Positions 30,301 to 39,877 of a stretch of DNA of 64,000 nt are shown here, piece by piece. The notes under the pieces were generated by a model. The model was given only the letters and a program-made list of their open reading frames with translations, had not been told where the DNA came from and did not search any database. Both the position numbers and the translations under genes were made by a program. How positions within the stretch are numbered: the stretch's first letter is position 1; each line of letters begins with the position of its first letter. The stretch is taken from NCBI GenBank assembly GCA_020053795.1, contig JAGVMN010000004.1:925-64924 (forward strand). The letters are read 5' to 3'. The stretch is from Bacteroidia bacterium (GTDB lineage Bacteria > Bacteroidota > Bacteroidia > NS11-12g > UBA9320).

Positions 30301-31109
30301 CTAATCCCGGAGGTAGATATGATCTTACCGTTTCAGATGGCGTTTGTACAAAATGGGATACCATTAATGTAGTGTACTTTACAACTCCGGTAGTTGATCT
30401 TGGTCAGGATACAATATTGTGCGATGATGCTGTGTTAGATTTGGGCAATCCTACGGTTGATGCCGACAAGTTTCAATGGAAGATAAACGGGATAAACGAT
30501 GCCACAACGCCCACCCTGCAAGTCAACGATCCGGGTGGAGAATATGAGTTAATTGTATCCAAAGGTCCTTGTCCGTCGTCAGATAAAGTGATTGTTGGTT
30601 ATACCACGGCACCTGATTTTGATCTGGGATGGAGTGACACAACTTTATGTGAGGCGACCTTGTTTAAATTTGATTTTTCGGATTTGAAATACACTAATTT
30701 CCTTTGGAACGATGGAACAAACGAATCCATTAAGGAGGTTAAAGAAAAAGGATTGCACTGGATGATAGCAACAAATATATGCGGTGCTGATAGCATTGGG
30801 TTCAATATTATAATAGACGAATTGGGTTGTTTTGTGAATTTTCCGAATGCATTTTCACCGAACGGAGATGGTATCAATGATATATTCCGACCTATAGGAA
30901 GGGTGCTTGAGTTTGTGGAGATGAATATTTATAACCGCTATGGTGAGTTGATTTTTTCAGGCCCGCCAATACCGGGCTGGGATGGAACCTACGGGAAATC
31001 AAATCCTGTGATGCCTGGTGTTTATTATTGGATGGTAACTTACAGGCAATTATCAGGTGGCTACCCAAGAAGATTTACCGAGAATGGAATTGTACATGTA
31101 GTGAGGTAA
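27363..31109 (+). CDS. Large surface protein: beta-propeller, PKD, nine Ig-like repeats and a T9SS type B (gliding motility-associated) CTD
   Basis: WYFGRNAGI N-domain, W.FGDP PKD, nine (L/I)GxDTxxC-type repeats and PNAFSPNGDGIND...WDG...GVYYW. An alternative ATG lies at 27384. Confidence 0.9.
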   Translation: MPLINSIMKSTLHVFAKFLLSLSFFCDSFSSIAQLEGNYWYFGRNAGITFKTGTAVAITDGQMTNWEGVASMSNKKGELLFYTDGEFVYNKSHNIMTNGSGLKGDNSSTQSAIIVQQPIRGWRYYIFTTDAGESNYADGLQYSIVDTNQSSGYGAVLSSDKNRYLMKSGEKVAAVKHANKVDTWIVTQEWGSDKFNAYLLSATGLNNTPVSSPIATPIGPGYPKNQVGYGKGFLKFSPDGKKMVNPVVGNQSSNTDGYWELYDFDNLTGKLSNRIVFNNSNRPASVANYNGIYGAEFSSNGRFLYLSCRNTGGGTNNKIWQFDMKNPNFTDINNSVVEIAASGSGINGSFGGLQLAVDGKIYVAKYGANNLAIIEKPNCKGTASNFINNGIGLAGKTSYWGLPTFIASFFSKPEFEFGDSTGAKSGVCFGDKTQFWLGDTAGVDSVHWIFGDPASGSNNFSSTFRPEHLFTKDTTFSVQAIIFRKGSIQNCLLDTVSRLVTIFPVPKFNIGNDTTICDGEDIFINALSIKGYYAWHDNTNNPNFTGTKSDTVWLRVTSGGCSSADTLILTVVPFPTIELGPDTIVCEGTPVRFESGKADSYLWSNSKTDSAIIVVTPGKYWVRSTTFRCESTDTVELKNSKYPKFSLGNDTTLCTSDSLILRALVPGATLDYLWSTTETSPFIQVKNPGGTYWVLVKDTVCSWSDTAKVSFSAPKPLDLGADKKVCNGDTASFNALVVGATKYKWHNNTTLPTFKTITQGQVFVDVFDGFCNLTDSAFVYVTTPLVVNLGNDTILCLGQQVDTKLKYTVQPNYEYKWNGIPNQKDTIIKTSGNYWMDVTDLPDRVCKTTDSIRVTFQSAIVFSLGNDTVLCLGQQIFLNATSVGPVVSSRWQDGTTGLSRNNDPAIVKHWLDIDNGICKSSDTINISYKTLMTFDLGPNQQLCDNNTLGINIITTPTATSYIWKDINGIVVSNVSSYIITNPGGRYDLTVSDGVCTKWDTINVVYFTTPVVDLGQDTILCDDAVLDLGNPTVDADKFQWKINGINDATTPTLQVNDPGGEYELIVSKGPCPSSDKVIVGYTTAPDFDLGWSDTTLCEATLFKFDFSDLKYTNFLWNDGTNESIKEVKEKGLHWMIATNICGADSIGFNIIIDELGCFVNFPNAFSPNGDGINDIFRPIGRVLEFVEMNIYNRYGELIFSGPPIPGWDGTYGKSNPVMPGVYYWMVTYRQLSGGYPRRFTENGIVHVVR

Positions 31110-31287
31110 ATGCTTGCTTAAAGATTTCAGACTTAACGTTTTAGGTTAAGCAGATGAAATCAATCAGAAGTTGTTTTAATCAGAGACCCAATCGTCTTGC
31201 GGTTTTCAGGGTATCAGCCACGCGTATCAAAATTGAATCAAAGGTATTATTCCCAACCATATTTGAATAGAATTTATGTCGGTTATG

Positions 31288-32535
31288 TTACTTTGAATTA
31301 GTTAAAGCATGATCTTCGATTTTTTCAGGCACTAATATTCGGAGAATTACATCCTTAATAATTTCACAAGCCTCGAGTAACTGGTCTTTAGTGATAACGA
31401 GCGGCGGGGCAAACCGTATGATGTGATCATGCGTTTGCTTGGCCAAAAGTCCTTTTCTCATGAGAGCCACACAAACATCTTTGGCGGTTTTGCCATTGCC
31501 AAAAGGTCGCACTACTATGGCATTAAACAGGCCTTTGCCACGCACCTCGGCGATAATGGGAGACTCTATGGCTTCCATTTCGGCCCGAAATATATGCCCG
31601 AGTTCCTCGGCATTCTGAGCCAGGTTTTCTTCTTTCAGAACTTCAAGAGCGGCCATTGCCACCGCACAGCCAAGTGGATTTCCGCCATAAGTTGAACCGT
31701 GTTGTCCCGGTTTTAATGTCAACATTATTTCGTCATTGCACAAAACGGCTGACACTGGTATGGTGCCACCTGAAAGAGCCTTTCCTAAAATCAAAATATC
31801 CGGTTTAACCCCTTCATAGTCACACGCCAAAAGCTTTCCGGTTCTGCCCAAACCTGTTTGTATCTCATCCGCAATAAACAACACATTGAACCGGGTACAC
31901 ATATTGCGTATCTCAGTTAAATAACCCTCATCTGGTACCACAATACCGGCCTCACCCTGTATAGGTTCCACCATAAAGCCGGCAACATTTTTTTTACTGA
32001 GAGACTTTTCCAATGCTTCCAAATCGTTATAGGGCACTATATCAAAACCGGGCATATAAGGTCCAAAATTTTTATAACTGTCAGGGTCGGTTGAACTTGA
32101 CACGGCCGCAAGTGTTCGGCCCCAGAAGTTGCCTTCGGCGAAAACTATTTTGGCTTTGTTCTCCTCTATACCTTTAACTTGATAAGCCCATTTTCTACAA
32201 AGTTTTAAGGCGGTTTCTCCACCTTCTACACCCGTGTTCACTGGTAATACGCGGTCATATCCAAAATATTGACAGATATACTTTTCATAGGGCCCCAGAA
32301 CATTGTTGTGAAAAGCTCGGGAAGTAAGGGTAAGTTTGTCTGCCTGTTCATGCAAGGCCTTTAATATTTTTGGATGACAATGCCCCTGATTAACCGCACT
32401 ATAAGCAGCCAGAAAATCGTAATACCTTTTCCCTTCCGTATCCCAAACAAAAACACCCATGCCTTTTTCCAATACTACCGGCAATGGATCGTAATTATGG
32501 GCCCCGTATTCATTTTCAAGCTCGATGTAATTCAT
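31288..32535 (-). CDS. rocD: Ornithine--oxo-acid aminotransferase
   Basis: [49 protein letters not shown] and HGSTYGGNP motifs. Confidence 0.97.
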   Translation of the reverse strand: MNYIELENEYGAHNYDPLPVVLEKGMGVFVWDTEGKRYYDFLAAYSAVNQGHCHPKILKALHEQADKLTLTSRAFHNNVLGPYEKYICQYFGYDRVLPVNTGVEGGETALKLCRKWAYQVKGIEENKAKIVFAEGNFWGRTLAAVSSSTDPDSYKNFGPYMPGFDIVPYNDLEALEKSLSKKNVAGFMVEPIQGEAGIVVPDEGYLTEIRNMCTRFNVLFIADEIQTGLGRTGKLLACDYEGVKPDILILGKALSGGTIPVSAVLCNDEIMLTLKPGQHGSTYGGNPLGCAVAMAALEVLKEENLAQNAEELGHIFRAEMEAIESPIIAEVRGKGLFNAIVVRPFGNGKTAKDVCVALMRKGLLAKQTHDHIIRFAPPLVITKDQLLEACEIIKDVILRILVPEKIEDHALTNSK

Positions 32536-32554
32536 GCCGTTTGCAGTTTAATCA

Positions 32555-32562
32555 CAAAGGTA
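32555..32562 (-). promoter_or_regulatory. Bacteroidota sigmaA -7 box (TACCTTTG) for rocD
   Basis: Exact TAnnTTTG match about 20 nt upstream of the ATG. Confidence 0.65.
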
Positions 32563-32664
32563 ACTTAAGTTTTTCAAATGCACGTTCAATGGCTTTGCTC
32601 ACAATAAAGGGTCAGGTGGTATTTGTGATAAAATCTACCGAATTTCGTTTCCTGAAAGACAGAG

Positions 32665-35600
32665 ATGAAGGCCATATTAAATATGTTTTGTTTATTGACC
32701 TTGTTATTCAATCCAATGGCTTCAATTGGTCAAGGCCTGAGGACATCTTTTCACATTCCACCACAAATTCAGGTCAATGATTGGCAAATGCTCGTGTCGG
32801 AGCATTTTGTTATTTATTATCAAAGTGAATTTATTGAAACAGCACATGAAGTTCTTGGCATTGTCAATTCGGTTACGCCATCAATTGAGAATATTCTTGG
32901 ATTCAGGTTAAGCAATCGTCTGTCCATAGTTATATTTCCTTCGGCAAAAGATCTTAACCAAAGTGCTTTTTTTTCTAAAGAATTATTGCCCATACAGCAG
33001 AACCCGGGCGGAACCACTGAAATCACGGGAAATTCATTTGCTGTTTTTCACGATGGAAACAGAACTTCTATCATCACACAAGTAAAAAAAGGAATTGCAG
33101 ATATGCTTATTCGCGAAATGCTTTTCGGAGGAACCGTACACGAACGAATTAAATATGCTACTTTAATGCAGGTACCTTATTGGTTTTCAAGCGGATTGAG
33201 CCGTTATATAGTCAAGCCTTGGGATGCTCGGGATGACGATGCTGTGCGAGATCTTGTTTTCAGGAAAGGGTTTTTAAGAATTGGTGAATTATCGCCCGAA
33301 GAGCAAAGTCTGGTTGGCAAAAGTGTTTGGAATTATATTGCAGAGTTAAAAGGGGAGGTTTCTTTTCAGCGAATTTTGTATTTGGTTCGGCTGACACGAA
33401 AAGTAGAAAATGCCTTCACTTTTGTTTTTAATTGGAATTCCAGTCAACTGATAAATGAATGGCACGACTATGTGGTTGGAATTTATCTCAAAGATCAATT
33501 AAGAAAGCATCCGCGAAATCATGAAATGCGACCAAAAAAAAATGAAACACTATTGGATATCGGCTTTCTTCATAAGACAATGATAATTAGAACTATCAGA
33601 AAGAAGAATCGCTTTAGGTTGGATGTTTTTGATCATGTAACGAGAACAAACGAGCTTTGGTTTAAAAGTTCATTCAAACCCTTAACAGAAGATGAAAACC
33701 GGTTTCTGCCACTTTGGTCTGCCGATAAAAAAGGGGGCTTTTGGGTTTCAGATTTTGATAAAGGTGGATTTAAGTTACACTATTTACAAAAAGCAGGGGT
33801 GGTAGAGCGAAGTTTAGAATTAAGCGATATTTCATTATTATTAGACTTTGATTTTGATGCTACTGAAGAAAAATTTGTATTGTCCGTTATCAGCAAAGGA
33901 AAGAGCGAATTGTGGCTGCTGACAAAAGATGGGAAAAGAGAAATTCTTCATAGCGGTGTTGCAGGACTTTGGGATTTGAAATTTGAAGATAACGGATCTT
34001 CGTTCCTCTCAGTTGGCGATTGGCCAAACGACTCTATGGCTGGCAAAATGGCCGGCAAAATTTGGGAATCAGACATTTTTGAATGGAAACGTCAGAATGG
34101 GAAATGGACGGCAAACAGGCTCACCCACACGCCAAATACAAAAGAAGAACAGCCCTTATATTATGTGCCTGGTAAAATCTCTTTCCTTTCTGATGAAAAT
34201 GGAATTTTCAATGCATGGTCTATGGATTTATCAACTAATGAAAAAATAAGACTTACCGATTATAAGCGAAATATTCTGAAAAACGAATACATTTCAGATG
34301 ACCATCAGGTTGTTGAAATAATTACTATCAATGGACAGCGTGATTGGTATCTTTCACCTGGGGTAGATTATACTCCGGTTATTGAAGAATCAGCACAGAC
34401 ATCGGGTATCACTTATAACCGTATTAGATTTATGGATGGTTTTGCAGCATCAATTGTAAAAGTTGACACTATTGTAGCCGACACCCAAAACAATGTTTTA
34501 CCCAAATCTTATTTTCAAACTGATTTTCCTTTTGAGGTTGATTTTATAGAAACGCTTCCAGACTCACTTTCGTTTGAAAACAAAACCAGCACAACCAATA
34601 CCTTTCAAATTAAATATGTCCGATCATTTAAGCCCGATCAGCTTATTTTACAAATTGATAATAGTTTTGTGAATACCACTTATGTTCCGGCCATGATGAA
34701 GCTTGAAGATGCTCTCGTCATTCTGCCGGGTCTTAATTTCTCACTACGCCTGAGAGAATTGTTGGGAAACTACAACATTACAATGGGTGCGAGGGTGGCC
34801 AGAAATTTTAACCATTTTGATTCTTATGTATCCGGGCGGGGAAGTTTGAAGAAAAAGGCGGTTCATGTTTATCTTTACCGGCAGTCGAGAATCGTATTCC
34901 CAACCGATGGCTACAATAAGATAATTACAAACTCCGCTTCTCTCGCTGTTTATATGGCCCAAAAAAGGTTCATGGCACTTCAAGTAAAAGGAGAGTTTAG
35001 ATCGGACAATAAAATAGTGCTTTCAACCGATGACGAAACACTACGCCGTGGTGGGTTACATAGAATATGGCTAAGCCCATCAATAAATTACACCTTTAAC
35101 AACACATTACCATACGGCATGAACGCATACAATGGCTTAAAAATGGTTCATTCATTTCAATATTGGCAGAATACAGCCCAAAAAGGAACCACCTTTGTCC
35201 TTGCCTCAGATGTGAGGATTGGGGTTAAACTCAGAAGCAATCTGTTTTGGATGAGTCGCTTTCAAATGGAAATTTCGGCTGGCAATATGAAAATGCTGTA
35301 TGTGGCAGGGGCTATGGAGAATTGGTTGAAACCTGTCATTGACCAAAACACTGTATTAAGAACGAATGCGGCATTCATCCGCATGGGTTCATCTATCAGA
35401 GGTCTAAATATGAATGTGAGAAACGGCAACACGATGGCCATTATAAATTCGGAAATCAGATGGCGAATTCTTTCAGATCTGCTAAAAATCAATACCAGGA
35501 TGGCATTTATAAATGATTTTATGATGACAGGATTCTTAGATGCAGGGAGTGCCTGGTACGGTGTTTCGCCCTTTGATATTACCAATCCAAACAATGTTCA

Positions 35601-35787
35601 AATAATAAATAGCGGGCAAATGGTAATAACGGTTTATAACCATAAGCAGCCATTTGTTCTGGGATCAGGCTATGGTTTCAGAACAAATATTTTCGGCTAT
35701 TATATCAAATTCGATCAGGGCATTGGGCTTGATAACGGTAGGTGGGGTAAGCCAATAAAATACATTACAATTGGTCTTGATTTTTGA
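32665..35787 (+). CDS. Outer-membrane protein: degenerate peptidase-MA-like N-domain, TolB/PD40-like propeller and an Omp85-like barrel
   Basis: DWQ.L.SEHF.IYY, QQNPGG and PYWFSSGL; FLSDENGIFN propeller; IRG, NSEIR, F.DAGSAW and a terminal GLDF beta-signal. Confidence 0.7.
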   Translation: MKAILNMFCLLTLLFNPMASIGQGLRTSFHIPPQIQVNDWQMLVSEHFVIYYQSEFIETAHEVLGIVNSVTPSIENILGFRLSNRLSIVIFPSAKDLNQSAFFSKELLPIQQNPGGTTEITGNSFAVFHDGNRTSIITQVKKGIADMLIREMLFGGTVHERIKYATLMQVPYWFSSGLSRYIVKPWDARDDDAVRDLVFRKGFLRIGELSPEEQSLVGKSVWNYIAELKGEVSFQRILYLVRLTRKVENAFTFVFNWNSSQLINEWHDYVVGIYLKDQLRKHPRNHEMRPKKNETLLDIGFLHKTMIIRTIRKKNRFRLDVFDHVTRTNELWFKSSFKPLTEDENRFLPLWSADKKGGFWVSDFDKGGFKLHYLQKAGVVERSLELSDISLLLDFDFDATEEKFVLSVISKGKSELWLLTKDGKREILHSGVAGLWDLKFEDNGSSFLSVGDWPNDSMAGKMAGKIWESDIFEWKRQNGKWTANRLTHTPNTKEEQPLYYVPGKISFLSDENGIFNAWSMDLSTNEKIRLTDYKRNILKNEYISDDHQVVEIITINGQRDWYLSPGVDYTPVIEESAQTSGITYNRIRFMDGFAASIVKVDTIVADTQNNVLPKSYFQTDFPFEVDFIETLPDSLSFENKTSTTNTFQIKYVRSFKPDQLILQIDNSFVNTTYVPAMMKLEDALVILPGLNFSLRLRELLGNYNITMGARVARNFNHFDSYVSGRGSLKKKAVHVYLYRQSRIVFPTDGYNKIITNSASLAVYMAQKRFMALQVKGEFRSDNKIVLSTDDETLRRGGLHRIWLSPSINYTFNNTLPYGMNAYNGLKMVHSFQYWQNTAQKGTTFVLASDVRIGVKLRSNLFWMSRFQMEISAGNMKMLYVAGAMENWLKPVIDQNTVLRTNAAFIRMGSSIRGLNMNVRNGNTMAIINSEIRWRILSDLLKINTRMAFINDFMMTGFLDAGSAWYGVSPFDITNPNNVQIINSGQMVITVYNHKQPFVLGSGYGFRTNIFGYYIKFDQGIGLDNGRWGKPIKYITIGLDF

Positions 35788-35846
35788 TGTTTACAAAATG
35801 TAAATCATTTATGCAGGAATAGGCTTGAAGCCGCAAAGCATACAAT

Positions 35847-35854
35847 TACATTTG
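35847..35854 (+). promoter_or_regulatory. Bacteroidota -7 box (TACATTTG) for purH
   Basis: Exact TAnnTTTG match 20 nt before the TTG start. Confidence 0.65.
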
Positions 35855-35874
35855 CACTTCAAAATATTAATCAA

Positions 35875-37368
35875 TTGACTAAAATACAATCAGCACTTAT
35901 TTCCGTGTACAACAAAGATGGCATAATACCCATTGTTGAAGTACTGAAAAATCTCGGGGTAAAGTTATTTTCAACGGGAGGCACTCAGAAGTTTTTATCG
36001 GCACTGGGCTATCAAGTTACGGCAGTAGAAGATGTTACGGGTTTTCCGAGCATTTTTGACGGGAGGGTAAAAACGCTGCATCCAAGTATTTTTGGAGGTA
36101 TTTTGTTTCGGAGAGATCATGCCGGAGATGTGAAAGAAAAAGATATTCATCAAATTCCCGCTATAGATTTGGTAATTGTTGATCTCTATCCATTTCAGGA
36201 AACAGTAAGAACTACGGCTAATGAAGCTGAGATCATAGAAAAAATTGATATAGGCGGCGTCTCTTTGATAAGAGCGGCAGCCAAAAATTTTAAACATACC
36301 TGTATTTTGGCCGACAAACGGGATTATCCATATTTTCTGGATTTAATGGTGAAGGCAAATGGTACAACGAATATTGAACAAAGGAAGAAATTGGCTCATA
36401 GGGCATTTGCCACCACTGCCAATTATGACAAAAAGATAGCGGCGTATTTTGAAGGAATTCGGGATAACGTGTTGAGATATGGCGAAAACCCGCATCAAAA
36501 TGCTGTTTTTGTTGCCAATGCAGGCAAAATCTTTGAACAGTTGCATGGAAAGGATTTGTCTTACAACAATCTGCTCGACATGGACGCAGCCATTAATTTG
36601 ATGGCGGACTTAAGAGTTTATCAGAAAGCTGCTTTTGCCATTATTAAGCACAATAATGCATGTGGTGTTTCAATAAATTCAAAATTAAAAGATGCATTTG
36701 TGGAAGCTCTGGCCGGAGATCCGGTTTCAGCCTTCGGAGGTGTTTTCGTAACCAATGAAATGTTGGATGAAGAAACCTCAAAAGAAATTGATAAAATATT
36801 CTTTGAAATTATAATCGCACCGGATTTCTCGAATGAAGCTTTGAAGGTTCTCAAACAAAAGAAAAACCGGATGATTGTGAAACTCCATTCATGGGATTTG
36901 CCCGAAAAAACAGAAAGAACAATCCTTAACGGGGTTTTGATTCAAGACAGGGACAGCAGGGTTGAAGTTAGCAAAGATGCTAAATTGGTGACCAAAAAAG
37001 TTCCAAAACCATCAGAAATGAGCGATCTTGAATTTGCCAATATTCTGGTAAAGCATACCCGTTCAAATGCAATCATACTGGCAAAAAACAAACAACTAAT
37101 TGGCATTGGAACCGGTCAAACTTCGAGAGTTGATGCTTTGCATCAAGCCATAAATAAGGCGAAAAATTTTGGCTTTAATACCAAAGGTTCTGTCATGGCC
37201 AGTGATGCTTTTTTCCCTTTTCCTGACTGCGTTGAAATTGCAGGTGAAGCAGGTATAAAGGCGATTATTCAACCCGGAGGATCAATCAAAGATGATCTTT
37301 CAATAGAATATTGCAATGAAAACGATATAGCCATGTTATTCACAGGTTACCGTCACTTCAAACATTGA
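35875..37368 (+). CDS. purH: Bifunctional AICAR transformylase/IMP cyclohydrolase
   Basis: ALISVYNK, STGGT, GRVKTLHP, IDIGG, LRYGENPHQ, MASDAFFPF and RHFKH motifs. Confidence 0.98.
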   Translation: MTKIQSALISVYNKDGIIPIVEVLKNLGVKLFSTGGTQKFLSALGYQVTAVEDVTGFPSIFDGRVKTLHPSIFGGILFRRDHAGDVKEKDIHQIPAIDLVIVDLYPFQETVRTTANEAEIIEKIDIGGVSLIRAAAKNFKHTCILADKRDYPYFLDLMVKANGTTNIEQRKKLAHRAFATTANYDKKIAAYFEGIRDNVLRYGENPHQNAVFVANAGKIFEQLHGKDLSYNNLLDMDAAINLMADLRVYQKAAFAIIKHNNACGVSINSKLKDAFVEALAGDPVSAFGGVFVTNEMLDEETSKEIDKIFFEIIIAPDFSNEALKVLKQKKNRMIVKLHSWDLPEKTERTILNGVLIQDRDSRVEVSKDAKLVTKKVPKPSEMSDLEFANILVKHTRSNAIILAKNKQLIGIGTGQTSRVDALHQAINKAKNFGFNTKGSVMASDAFFPFPDCVEIAGEAGIKAIIQPGGSIKDDLSIEYCNENDIAMLFTGYRHFKH

Positions 37369-37499
37369 AAGTCGTGATTTTCAATATAAAAGGTTTATAC
37401 CAAAAGTTGTTAAGTTTTTCAGCATATATTCAAAATTTTCTGTCTTTTTACGCTAATATTGCAAAGCGTTTATAATCAGTCAATTTGTTTTAATCAATA

Positions 37500-38522
37500 A
37501 TGGGTTTATTCGATTTTCTCACACAAGAAATTGCCATCGATTTGGGCACCGCTAATACTTTGATTATATACAAAGACAAAGTGGTGGTTGATGAGCCTTC
37601 CATTATAGCCATTCGTCGTTCTACCAATGAAGTTATTGCCATAGGTAAAGAGGCACAGAAAATGCATGGAAAAACCCATGAAGATATCAAAACCATCAGA
37701 CCCTTGAAAGACGGGGTGATTGCTGATTTTAGGGCAGCGGAGCATATGATTCGCGGTTTTATTAAAATGATTAACAAGGGCAAGAGGCTTTTTAGTCCGC
37801 AGTTGAAAATGGTTATTTGCATCCCATCCGGAATCACAGAAGTTGAAAAAAGAGCAGTTAAGGAATCTGCCGAAAGAAGTGGTGGAAAGGAGGTTTATAT
37901 GATACCCGAGCCGATGGCAGCAGCTATTGGAATCGGGATTGATATTTCGGAACCCATAGGAAATATGATCATTGATATTGGGGGTGGGACTACAGAGGTA
38001 GCGGTGATTGCACTTTCCGGAATAGTTTCGGACAACTCAATTAGGGTTGCAGGTGATGCTTTCACTGAGGATATTATTGAATACATGCGTCGTCAGCACA
38101 ATCTGATGATTGGTGAAAGGACAGCTGAGATGATAAAAATTGAGGTCGGGGCTGCATTGCCGGAAATAGACAACCCTCCGGTTGATTATCCGGTAAACGG
38201 GCGAGACCTGATGACCGGAATTCCAAAACAGATTTATGTAAGCTATTCCGAGATAGCCCTGGCATTGGATAAATCAATTTCAAAAATAGAAGAAGCTGTT
38301 TTGAAGGCTTTAGAGATGACACCACCTGAATTGTCGGCAGATATTTACCAAACTGGACTTTACCTCACCGGCGGTGGGGCAATGTTGCGGGGATTGGATA
38401 AAAGAATTGGAAGTAAGGCGAAATTACCGGTTTATGTGGCCGAGGATCCACTTAGGGCTGTGGTTAGAGGAACAGGGATTGCATTAAAAAATATTGAGCA
38501 ATTCAAGACCATCATGCAGTAA
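37500..38522 (+). CDS. mreB: Rod shape-determining protein MreB
   Basis: IAIDLGTANT, RPLKDGVIADF, DIGGGTTEVA and LTGGGAMLRG motifs. Confidence 0.98.
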   Translation: MGLFDFLTQEIAIDLGTANTLIIYKDKVVVDEPSIIAIRRSTNEVIAIGKEAQKMHGKTHEDIKTIRPLKDGVIADFRAAEHMIRGFIKMINKGKRLFSPQLKMVICIPSGITEVEKRAVKESAERSGGKEVYMIPEPMAAAIGIGIDISEPIGNMIIDIGGGTTEVAVIALSGIVSDNSIRVAGDAFTEDIIEYMRRQHNLMIGERTAEMIKIEVGAALPEIDNPPVDYPVNGRDLMTGIPKQIYVSYSEIALALDKSISKIEEAVLKALEMTPPELSADIYQTGLYLTGGGAMLRGLDKRIGSKAKLPVYVAEDPLRAVVRGTGIALKNIEQFKTIMQ

Positions 38523-38529
38523 TAAGTAA

Positions 38530-39366
38530 ATGCAGAATTTTTTCCTATTCCTGCGAAAATATTATCACCTTTTTCTCTTCATAATATTGGAACTGATAGC
38601 CCTTACAGCACTGGTAAAGTTCAACCATTATCAAAATGCTGTTTTTTATTCCACTGCCAACGAAGTCAGCGGATACCTTTATCAAAAGAAATCTGACGCA
38701 CTTTCTTATCTGAGCCTGAAAGAGGAAAACAAAAGACTACTGAACAATACTGCCGTTTTCATGAATGATAGTCTTGATAATCATTTCATGATGTTTGGAA
38801 CGGATTCTTTTCTGATGAACGATACGATGAAACGACCCTGGTTTAGTTTCTATGCCGCTGAGGTGATCAACAATACCGTGCATAGAAAAAGAAATTATCT
38901 GACAATTAACAAGGGTTTTGCTCATGGAATTGAGAAGCACATGGGTGTTATTTCTCAGGATGGCGTTGTTGGAATTGTAATTGATGTATCGAAAAATTTT
39001 GCCTTGGTCATGTCGGTATTACACGATCAGTTTCAGGTATCACCTGAGATTGCAGGAAGCAATTATTTTGGAAAATTAAAATGGGATGGAATGGATCCAA
39101 GAATGGCAAACATTGATGAGATTAGTCGCTATTACCCAGTTGAAAAAGGGCAGAGGGTGGTAACAAGTAACTTTGGAAGCACAAAATTCCCAAGGAATAT
39201 CCCAATAGGAATTGTCGAATCTGTGAAAAAAAGTACTAAGAAACCATTTGCCACCATAAGGGTAAAATTGGCAACAGACTTTGGTCGGGTTCGCTCGGTG
39301 TATGTTATTAAAAATATATTCAAACAAGAGTTACAACAATTAGAGGAAAGGGTGGAAGATGAATAA
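38530..39366 (+). CDS. mreC: Rod shape-determining protein MreC
   Basis: N-terminal TM and coiled coil, NYLTINKG...GVVG, and its position after mreB. Confidence 0.93.
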   Translation: MQNFFLFLRKYYHLFLFIILELIALTALVKFNHYQNAVFYSTANEVSGYLYQKKSDALSYLSLKEENKRLLNNTAVFMNDSLDNHFMMFGTDSFLMNDTMKRPWFSFYAAEVINNTVHRKRNYLTINKGFAHGIEKHMGVISQDGVVGIVIDVSKNFALVMSVLHDQFQVSPEIAGSNYFGKLKWDGMDPRMANIDEISRYYPVEKGQRVVTSNFGSTKFPRNIPIGIVESVKKSTKKPFATIRVKLATDFGRVRSVYVIKNIFKQELQQLEERVEDE

Positions 39367-39877
39367 TATTTGGATCAGAACTATTTTCGGTGGCTTGCTC
39401 CTTCTGGCATTTCAGATTCTGGTGGTCAATGGCCTCGATATAGACGCTCACATTCATCCTCAGATATACATTCTACTTCTTTTGTCTTTACCTGTGAATC
39501 TGCCCCATTGGATATCAATAATCACTGGTTTTTTTGTAGGCTATGCTGTTGACTGGTTTTCTGATACGCAGGGATTGCACGCAGCTACTTTAACAATGTT
39601 GGCATATATTCGGTATGGATATTTAAAAGCGGCTATTGACAAAGATCAGTATATTGAAGGTATCCGACCAGTCTATGGTAATGTTGAAAATGTTTGGTAT
39701 CTGGTGTATGTGAGCATTTTCAGTTTCATTTTTCATTTTATTCTCTTCATTTTAGAAGATTTTACTTTTAATCATTTTGGCGATACACTTCTGAAAATAC
39801 TCTACAGTTCCAGTCTCTCGGTTTTGTTGATTCTTCTTATACAGTTTACGTTTAATACTAAGGTAAACAATGATTGA
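39359..39877 (+). CDS. mreD: Rod shape-determining protein MreD
   Basis: Hydrophobic 172-aa protein with G..VD.FS.T.GLHA, lying between mreC and mrdA. Confidence 0.88.
   Translation: MNNIWIRTIFGGLLLLAFQILVVNGLDIDAHIHPQIYILLLLSLPVNLPHWISIITGFFVGYAVDWFSDTQGLHAATLTMLAYIRYGYLKAAIDKDQYIEGIRPVYGNVENVWYLVYVSIFSFIFHFILFILEDFTFNHFGDTLLKILYSSSLSVLLILLIQFTFNTKVNND

Noticed and set aside
28880-30700. Recurrent GGCAA(C/T)GA(C/T)AC DNA motifs
   Set aside because: They are explained by protein domain repeats (LGNDT.LC), and are neither a CRISPR array nor DGR repeats.
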